A stretch of 64,000 nucleotides of DNA from an uncultured Bacilli bacterium (GTDB taxonomy: Bacteria; Bacillota_I; Bacilli_A; RF39; UBA660), in assembly GCA_934090935.1 (NCBI GenBank), contig CAKOKD010000002.1, positions 25,438-89,437 on the forward strand, given 5' to 3'. The notes under the pieces were generated by a model, which saw only the letters and a program-made list of their open reading frames with translations, was not told the DNA's origin and ran no database searches. Within the stretch, counting starts at the first letter, position 1. Each line of letters opens with the position of its first letter. Positions 57,317 to 64,000 of the stretch are shown piece after piece. The position numbers and the translations under genes were made by a program.

Positions 57317-60300
57317 ATGGATGAAAAACTAATAAACTTTTTTAAATTAATCAATTATAATGATGTACTTGCGTTTGAAAATGCCAAGTTTAAAGAAATG
57401 GCTATAAGGGATAATGGAACAACTTGGATTATTAGAATTAATGCAAAAGAACTTATTCCTGTAAAATCAATGATGAACTTGATTACTTTGTGTAAAGATG
57501 GAATAAATGACGTTAAATCTATTATTATCGAGATGAATTATGAGGTATTACCAAGTCAATTAATTCTTGAATATTTCTTATATTTTTTAGATGAGGTAAT
57601 AAACAATTATCCAAGTTTGAGTGGAATAAATAAAGACTCAATCGATATTGATGATGATATTATTTTAATAGAAGTTACAAGTAAAAATGAAGAGGCAACT
57701 TTAAAAAAAGAAGTGAAGAAAATTTTAAATCGCATGGATACTCTTGGTATACATGGAATAGATGCTTCTTTTAAAATAAATGAAGAAGAGAAAAAGAATA
57801 TTAAAGAAAAAATAGAAGCTGCTAAAGAAAATGTTATTATTCCAACAAAAGTAGTTGTTGAAGATAAACCAAAATGGACACCTAAGAAAAAAGTTGAATA
57901 TCAAAGAGAAGGTATTGTTTCTATTGCTTCAATTGAAAAAGAAGAAAATGCAGTAAATTTGGAAGCTTATATCTTTTCTACTGACTTCAGTGTTTTAAAG
58001 AAAAAAGATGGCAATCCATTATATTTAGTAACTTTGAAAATAAGCGATAATACATCAAGTATACTTGCTAAAACTTTTGCTGGTGATGAAGAAGAGTTTA
58101 ATAAATATGGAAAAGAATTAAAATCTGGTAAATGGTATCATTTTATTGGTCAAGTTAGAGATGATTCTTTTGCACATGATTTGGTTTTCCAATTTAGAAG
58201 TTATGAAGAAATTGATGATCCTACTATTAAGCGAAAAGATGAAGAAATTGAAAAAAGATGTGAACTTCATGCACATACAATGATGAGCCAAATGGATGGT
58301 GTTTGTGATGAAGTTGCTCTAGTGAAGCGTGCAATGGAATATGGTCATAAAGGTATTGCTATAACTGATCATGATTGCTGTCAATCATTTCCCCATGTAT
58401 TTGATACAGTTACAAAATTTAATAAGGGAAGAAAAAAAGATCTTGATTCTAAGATTAAAGAAAATGAAGAAACTCTTGAAAATATTAAAAGTTCAGGAAA
58501 TCAAGAAGGAATAGAAGAGTTAGAAAAGTTTATTGAAAGTTTAAAAGAAGAGAAGAAAAATTTTGTTCCATTTAAAGCTGGATATGGTGTAGAACTTGAG
58601 ATGACTGAAAGCAAACTTAACGTTGTTTTCAATCCAAATGATGAACTAATTGAAGATAATACATTTGTTATATTCGATACAGAAACAACAGGTTTTAACC
58701 CTGGTTTAAGTGATTCTATGATTGAAATTGGTGCAGTAAAACTTAAAAATGGTGAAGTTGTTGATAGATTTGATGAACTTATTAATCCTGGACGTCATAT
58801 AGATGAATCAATTACAAGAGTTACTAATATAAGTGATGATGACGTTAAAGATGCTGATAATGAAGAAAATGTCATAAAACGTTTTAAAGAATGGATTGGT
58901 TCTTTACCTTTAGTAGCCCACAATGCTAGATTCGATAAAAACATGTTAGATATGGCATATTATAAATATAATTTAGGAAAATTAGAAAATCCAATTATTG
59001 ATACCTTGATGTTATCAAGGGTAATAAATCGTGAACTTAAGAAACATAGTTTGAAGGCTTTAGGTAAATTTTATGGTATTGATACTGGTGAGGCAGAAGA
59101 CGAAGAACAAAGCGATTCATCACTTCCTACTGGAAGCTTCAAATTTGATGATGAAGATGGAGAAAAGATTGAAGATGTTTTAGTTGATTCTGAATCTATT
59201 TTGAAAGTTCAAAGTGAAGAATATTTAGATAATGATATTACAACTGAAAGTAAAGTAACTAAGGTTAGAAATACTTATTATCTTCCAACAATTTATAAAA
59301 AGAGTAAAACGGAAAAGTGTGAAATTGAAGTTAAATTTAAGGATGGAAGTGTAATAAAACGTGCTTTTACACTTCATCCAGCAGAAAATGCTTGTGTCAT
59401 AAATTATGCTAGTACATTTGGGGAAAAAGAAATACCAATAACTATTTATGTTGGACAACACCATGGTGCCGATGTCGACTCAGAAAATACTGGATATATA
59501 TTCAATAAGATGTTAAAACAAATTGAAGGTTTAACTAAAATATCTGAATTAAATGATCTTTATAAACTTGAAGATGTTGCTTTTAGAAATGACCATAAGA
59601 AACTTGGCAATATTGCTGAATTATGCTCATATAAAAACTATGTAATTCCAGCTGAAGAAGATAAAATTTATGAAGATAAAGATTATCCTTTCTTGAAATA
59701 TGATAATAAAGATTATGTATGGAAATTTCCTTGGTGTAAAGATGATTTCTTACAAATGTATGAAAATATTCCTGGTAAAACATTTACAGAAAATCTTGCT
59801 AATATTTATGATTTTACAAAGCACGTTACTTTCATTGCTAAAAATAAAGTTGGATTGAAAAATATGTTTAAACTTATCAGTTTTGCTAATACAAACTTTA
59901 TTGAAAGAAATGCTAAAATACCAAGAAAACTAATAAATGAATATCGCGAAGGAATTTTGGTTGGTTCAGCTTGTTTAAATGGTGAAATTTTTAATCTTGC
60001 TTTAACAAGATGCGAAGAAGATTTGATTGAAGCAATGAAATTCTATGATTATATTGAAATTCAACCAATCGATAACTATAAACATTTGCTTAAAAATCAT
60101 GATATATCTAATTTGGATGATTTAAAACTTGCAATAAGAAAAATTATTAAATGTGCAAAAAGTCTTGGAAAAATGATTGTTGCAACTTCAGATGTACATA
60201 ATATTGATCCACAAGATTTAATCAGTAGAGAAATAATTGTTAACCAAAATGTTCCTGGAAAAGGAAGACATCCATTGGCTAGATATTTAAAGGGCGATTA

Positions 60301-63061
60301 TAAAGTTAATGTTAATAAAGAAAACATTGAACATGCTATTAAGCAAGCACACGATAAAGGACATGATTTAACAAGTGTAGATATAAAAGTTTTAAAATAT
60401 ATTTATGCATTAACCAATGTAAGAAATGTGGAGATTACATCCAATAATTTGGCTTTAGTTTATGCCGTTGACAAAAATAATCAAGATGAAGCTCCTGCTA
60501 AAACTAGTTTTGAAGAAAAGAAGTATATGATAGATTCTTCTTTAAGAAAATTACAAATAGCTGGTTTAGTAAGCGTTAATTATGTTAATGGAACTTATTC
60601 ACTTTTATGCAAATATACTAAAAGTGAAATTCCTAAAATGGGGCATATTCCTAATCAATTCTTTAGAACTACAAGAGAAATGTTAGATGAATTTGCGTGG
60701 TTAAATGATCGAGACTTAATTCATGAAATAGTTATTGAGAATCCAAATAAAATAATTGATATGTTGGAGGAGATTGAAGTAGTAGTTTATCCTGATAAAC
60801 CATATTCTCCAATTATTGAACATTCTCAAGAAACATGTCGTGATCTTGTATTTAATAAAGCTCATAGTATGTATGGAGATCCACTTCCTGCTAATATTGA
60901 GGAACGTATTGCTCAAGAATTCTATGGAGATAAAATCAATGTGTTAGTTCAAGAAAAAATTGATATTGAACATCCAGAAATGAGTGAAGAAGAGAAAAAG
61001 GCGATATTTACTCCAACGCTTCATGATGTAATAATGAGTGGATATGATGGAGTAGTTAATTTAAAAAAAGAACAAGTTAAAAGACTTAGTGATAAAGAAT
61101 TAACTGATGAAGAGGCTATAGAAGAGGCAAAAGCTCAGCTAACAGGAATTATTGGTGGAGGATTTGACGTTATTTATTTGATTGCTCAAAAACTTGTTAA
61201 ACACTCAAATGATGATGGATATTTAGTTGGATCACGTGGTTCAGTTGGTTCTTCATTTGTTGCAAGTATGATGGGTATTACAGAATGTAATGGTCTTCCA
61301 GCGCATTATTATTGCCCAAATTGTCAATATAGTGAATTCAATGACAAAGATGGACATCCTTATTCTGAAAATTATCCAAGTGGATTCGATTTGCCAGAAA
61401 CCAATTGCCCAAAATGTGGAGCTCAAATGATTCATCAAGGAAATGACATGCCATTTGCAACATTCTTAGGATTTGCTGGAGAAAAAGTTCCAGATATAGA
61501 CCTTAACTTCTCAGGAGATAATCAAGCAAGTGCACATGAATATACAAAAGTTTTATTTGGTACAGATAATGTTTATCGTGCTGGAACTATTGGTACGGTT
61601 GCTGATAAGACAGCATTTGGTTATGTTCAAGGTTATTATGAAGATGTAATGTATAATGAGTTAACTATTGAATGTGCGTGTTTTGGTCTTTCAGTAACAA
61701 GCAAAGATGAACTTAGAAAAAAAGGTTTAGTTAAATCGTTTATTCGTATACCAGAGGTCGAGAGAATGGCAGTAGGATGTACGGGAGTTAAAAGAACAAC
61801 TGGACAACATCCAGGTGGAATCGTAGTTGTTCCCGGATATAAAGATATTTGGGATTTTACGCCATTTCAATATCCAGCTGATGATCCAACAGTTGCTTGG
61901 AGAACTACACACTTTGATTACCATGCAATTGATGCTGACCTTTTAAAACTGGATATACTTGGACACGATGATCCAACCGTATTAAAAATGTTACAAGACC
62001 TTTCGGGTATAGATGTTACTAAAATCGATTTAGGTGACCGTGATACTATGAAAATATTTACAGGTCCAGAAGTTTTAGGTGTTGAGAAAACTCGTCTTAG
62101 AGGTTTAACGAGTAAAGATGGAGTTAAATATTGTCCAACAGGAACTCTTGGAGTACCTGAATTTGGAACATCTTTCTTACTTGGAATGCTAGAAGAAACA
62201 AAACCAACAACGTTTGCCGAACTTATTAAAATATCAGGTCTTTCACATGGTACTGATGTATGGCTAGGTAATGCCAGAGACTTGTGTACACCGGATGAAT
62301 TTGGAAATATTCAAGTACCATTTAAAAATGTTATTGGGTGTCGTGACGATATCATGGTTAACTTAATTCAATGGGGAGTTCCAGCAGGAAAAGCCTTCAA
62401 AATAATGGAATTTGTTCGTAAAGGAAAACCTAGTAAAGATCCTGCAACTTGGGCAGAACATGCCGCTTTCTTAAGAGAATATAATATTCCAGAATGGTAT
62501 ATTGAATCATGTAGAAAAATAAAATACATGTTTCCAAAAGCACATGCCACTGCATATGTTACAAGTGCTTTTAGAATTGCTTGGTTCAAAGTTCATTATC
62601 CAATTTGGTATTATTGTGCATACCTTTCTATAAGAAGAGATGCTTTTGATATACCTTCAATGATTAGAGGAGAAAACGCTATACGTGAAAAAATTGATGA
62701 AATCGATGCAAAAGGAAATTTAGCAAGTAACAAGGAAACTGATACGCGTGATACTTTGTGTATCTGCCTTGAAGCAGCAGCAAGAGGCATATACTTTAAA
62801 AATATTGATATTGAAAAAAGTGATGCTAAAAAGTTTGTGATTACGGAAGATGGAAAAGGGTTAATTATTCCTTTCTGTGCATTAGATGGACTTGGAGAAA
62901 ACGTTGCAAAGGAAATTATCAAAGCAAGAAAAGAAGCTCCATTTATTTCTCAAGAAGATTTACAAAAACGTGGAAAAGTAAATGGTTCTTCAATAGAAAA
63001 ACTTAAAGCTTTAGGTTGTTTAGATGGCTTAAGCGAATCTAATCAATTATCATTATTTTAA
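57317..63061 (+). CDS. polC: DNA polymerase III PolC-type, unusually long (1914 aa)
   Basis: PHP motif ELHAHTMMSQMDG. Exonuclease motifs FDTETTG, AHNARFD and HHGADVD. GYLVGSRGSVGSS, Zn motif YYCPNC...CPKCG, GVKRTTGQHPGG, KLDILGHDDP and C-terminal NQLSLF. Several insertions relative to B. subtilis PolC as I recall it. Confidence 0.95.
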   Translation: MDEKLINFFKLINYNDVLAFENAKFKEMAIRDNGTTWIIRINAKELIPVKSMMNLITLCKDGINDVKSIIIEMNYEVLPSQLILEYFLYFLDEVINNYPSLSGINKDSIDIDDDIILIEVTSKNEEATLKKEVKKILNRMDTLGIHGIDASFKINEEEKKNIKEKIEAAKENVIIPTKVVVEDKPKWTPKKKVEYQREGIVSIASIEKEENAVNLEAYIFSTDFSVLKKKDGNPLYLVTLKISDNTSSILAKTFAGDEEEFNKYGKELKSGKWYHFIGQVRDDSFAHDLVFQFRSYEEIDDPTIKRKDEEIEKRCELHAHTMMSQMDGVCDEVALVKRAMEYGHKGIAITDHDCCQSFPHVFDTVTKFNKGRKKDLDSKIKENEETLENIKSSGNQEGIEELEKFIESLKEEKKNFVPFKAGYGVELEMTESKLNVVFNPNDELIEDNTFVIFDTETTGFNPGLSDSMIEIGAVKLKNGEVVDRFDELINPGRHIDESITRVTNISDDDVKDADNEENVIKRFKEWIGSLPLVAHNARFDKNMLDMAYYKYNLGKLENPIIDTLMLSRVINRELKKHSLKALGKFYGIDTGEAEDEEQSDSSLPTGSFKFDDEDGEKIEDVLVDSESILKVQSEEYLDNDITTESKVTKVRNTYYLPTIYKKSKTEKCEIEVKFKDGSVIKRAFTLHPAENACVINYASTFGEKEIPITIYVGQHHGADVDSENTGYIFNKMLKQIEGLTKISELNDLYKLEDVAFRNDHKKLGNIAELCSYKNYVIPAEEDKIYEDKDYPFLKYDNKDYVWKFPWCKDDFLQMYENIPGKTFTENLANIYDFTKHVTFIAKNKVGLKNMFKLISFANTNFIERNAKIPRKLINEYREGILVGSACLNGEIFNLALTRCEEDLIEAMKFYDYIEIQPIDNYKHLLKNHDISNLDDLKLAIRKIIKCAKSLGKMIVATSDVHNIDPQDLISREIIVNQNVPGKGRHPLARYLKGDYKVNVNKENIEHAIKQAHDKGHDLTSVDIKVLKYIYALTNVRNVEITSNNLALVYAVDKNNQDEAPAKTSFEEKKYMIDSSLRKLQIAGLVSVNYVNGTYSLLCKYTKSEIPKMGHIPNQFFRTTREMLDEFAWLNDRDLIHEIVIENPNKIIDMLEEIEVVVYPDKPYSPIIEHSQETCRDLVFNKAHSMYGDPLPANIEERIAQEFYGDKINVLVQEKIDIEHPEMSEEEKKAIFTPTLHDVIMSGYDGVVNLKKEQVKRLSDKELTDEEAIEEAKAQLTGIIGGGFDVIYLIAQKLVKHSNDDGYLVGSRGSVGSSFVASMMGITECNGLPAHYYCPNCQYSEFNDKDGHPYSENYPSGFDLPETNCPKCGAQMIHQGNDMPFATFLGFAGEKVPDIDLNFSGDNQASAHEYTKVLFGTDNVYRAGTIGTVADKTAFGYVQGYYEDVMYNELTIECACFGLSVTSKDELRKKGLVKSFIRIPEVERMAVGCTGVKRTTGQHPGGIVVVPGYKDIWDFTPFQYPADDPTVAWRTTHFDYHAIDADLLKLDILGHDDPTVLKMLQDLSGIDVTKIDLGDRDTMKIFTGPEVLGVEKTRLRGLTSKDGVKYCPTGTLGVPEFGTSFLLGMLEETKPTTFAELIKISGLSHGTDVWLGNARDLCTPDEFGNIQVPFKNVIGCRDDIMVNLIQWGVPAGKAFKIMEFVRKGKPSKDPATWAEHAAFLREYNIPEWYIESCRKIKYMFPKAHATAYVTSAFRIAWFKVHYPIWYYCAYLSIRRDAFDIPSMIRGENAIREKIDEIDAKGNLASNKETDTRDTLCICLEAAARGIYFKNIDIEKSDAKKFVITEDGKGLIIPFCALDGLGENVAKEIIKARKEAPFISQEDLQKRGKVNGSSIEKLKALGCLDGLSESNQLSLF

Positions 63062-63088
63062 AATAAAAAAAGAAAAGAAGTTGATCAA

Positions 63089-64000
63089 ATGAAAATTGCA
63101 ATAGCTGGAACAGGTTATGTTGGCTTATCTTTAGCTACACTTCTTAGTCAATATAATGAAGTAGTCGCTTTAGATATTGTTCTTGAAAAGGTTGAAATGA
63201 TTAATAATCGAATAAGTCCAATAAAAGATGAGTATATTGAAAAATATTTTAAAGAAAAAAAATTAAATTTACATGCTACTTTAGATTATAAAGAAGCTTT
63301 TTCGGGAGCAAAATTTGTTATTATAAGTACTCCAACTAATTATGATGAAAAAACTAATTATTTTGATACGTCATCCGTTGAAGATGTAATAAAAAAAGTT
63401 ATTTCTATGTATGATGATAATATTGTGATGATTGTTAAAAGTACTATACCTGTTGGTTTTATAAATAATATGAAAGAAAAATATCATATAGACAATATTA
63501 TTTTTAGCCCCGAATTTCTAAGAGAAGGAAAAGCTTTATATGATAATTTATATCCATCAAGAATAATCATTGGAGAAAAAAGCAAAAGAGCAGAGGAGTT
63601 TGGTGAGTTATTAAAAAGTGCTTCACTTAAAGATGATGTTGTAGTTAAATATATGGATTCGACTGAAGCTGAAGCTGTTAAATTATTTGCCAATACTTAC
63701 TTGGCTCTTAGAGTAGCTTATTTTAATGAACTTGATACTTATGCAGAGTTAAAAAACCTGAATACTAGGGACATTATAGAAGGTGTATGTTTAGATCCGC
63801 GTATTGGAAATTTTTATAATAATCCAAGTTTTGGTTATGGAGGATATTGTTTACCTAAAGATACTAAACAATTAAAAGCAAATTATAAAAATATCCCTGA
63901 AAATTTAATAAGTGCAATAGTTGAAAGTAATAATACAAGAAAAGAACATATAGCAAAAGAAATCATTAATAAAAGTCCTAAAATAGTTGGTATATATAAA
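63089..64000 (+). CDS. ugd: UDP-glucose 6-dehydrogenase, 3' end outside the window
   Basis: It is not in the ORF track because it is open-ended. It translates as [19 protein letters not shown] (Rossmann)...[23 protein letters not shown]...[10 protein letters not shown] (catalytic Cys region). The frame is open to base 64000. Confidence 0.85.
   Translation, partial: MKIAIAGTGYVGLSLATLLSQYNEVVALDIVLEKVEMINNRISPIKDEYIEKYFKEKKLNLHATLDYKEAFSGAKFVIISTPTNYDEKTNYFDTSSVEDVIKKVISMYDDNIVMIVKSTIPVGFINNMKEKYHIDNIIFSPEFLREGKALYDNLYPSRIIIGEKSKRAEEFGELLKSASLKDDVVVKYMDSTEAEAVKLFANTYLALRVAYFNELDTYAELKNLNTRDIIEGVCLDPRIGNFYNNPSFGYGGYCLPKDTKQLKANYKNIPENLISAIVESNNTRKEHIAKEIINKSPKIVGIYK

Noticed and set aside
57317-63061. 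Inteins as the cause of the extra PolC length.
   Set aside because: None of the insertion boundaries shows an N-terminal Cys/Ser/Thr together with a C-terminal His-Asn followed by Cys/Ser/Thr. No homing-endonuclease (LAGLIDADG/HNH) motifs were seen. The inserts are short (45-125 aa) and partly low-complexity.
1-64000. CRISPR arrays, prophage, transposon or integrase signatures, and rRNA operons.
   Set aside because: No spaced direct-repeat arrays were seen. No ORF had transposase, recombinase or phage structural motifs. No rRNA-like sequence was seen. The only repeats found are the rpoC-polC 114-bp pair and the three family promoters/5' modules.

Overview
This is a 64-kb chromosomal window from a very AT-rich, spore-forming Firmicute; GC was judged by eye, not computed. 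Nearly all genes are on the + strand. Gene order is Bacillus-like. In order it holds: a surface protein plus sortase, a DD-carboxypeptidase, nfnAB-like oxidoreductase genes, cyclophilin, an LtaS-family sulfatase, VanZ, an intact sigK on the - strand, yqeG-yqeH-mutL, mraZ-rsmH-ftsL and a class B PBP, a C1 peptidase, a polysaccharide deacetylase, ftsEX with an M23 peptidase, rseP, a ParE-like topoisomerase subunit, ireB-ruvX-DUF1292-mltG-yrrMNO-greA, ybxB-rpoB-rpoC, polC and a partial ugd. There is one tRNA-Glu on the - strand. I saw no CRISPR array, rRNA, transposase or integrase.

Four things stand out.
1. Three monocistronic paralogues at about 27.2, 36.8 and 47.5 kb are wedged between housekeeping blocks. 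They share a near-identical promoter (AATGTAAA-N14-TTGAAAATC-G7/8-TATTATAAAAT), signal peptide and roughly 160-aa N-terminal module. Their C-terminal domains are unrelated: an ALK-type glycine-rich domain, LamG plus an FGE-sulfatase/C-lectin-like domain, and a Cys-rich tail. The poly-G run lies in the promoter spacer and differs in length between copies, which resembles a slipped-strand phase-variation switch on a modular surface-protein family.
2. Between rpoC and polC there is a candidate type I toxin-antitoxin-like locus. It has a 27-aa hydrophobic peptide gene on the - strand, flanked by two copies of a promoter-plus-terminator sRNA-like unit.
3. PolC is 1914 aa, about 470 aa longer than I recall for Bacillus subtilis PolC, because of several discrete insertions.
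4. A strongly promoted three-gene operon of unknown function contains tandem paralogous membrane proteins.

All functional calls come from motif reading of the supplied translations. No database search was run.
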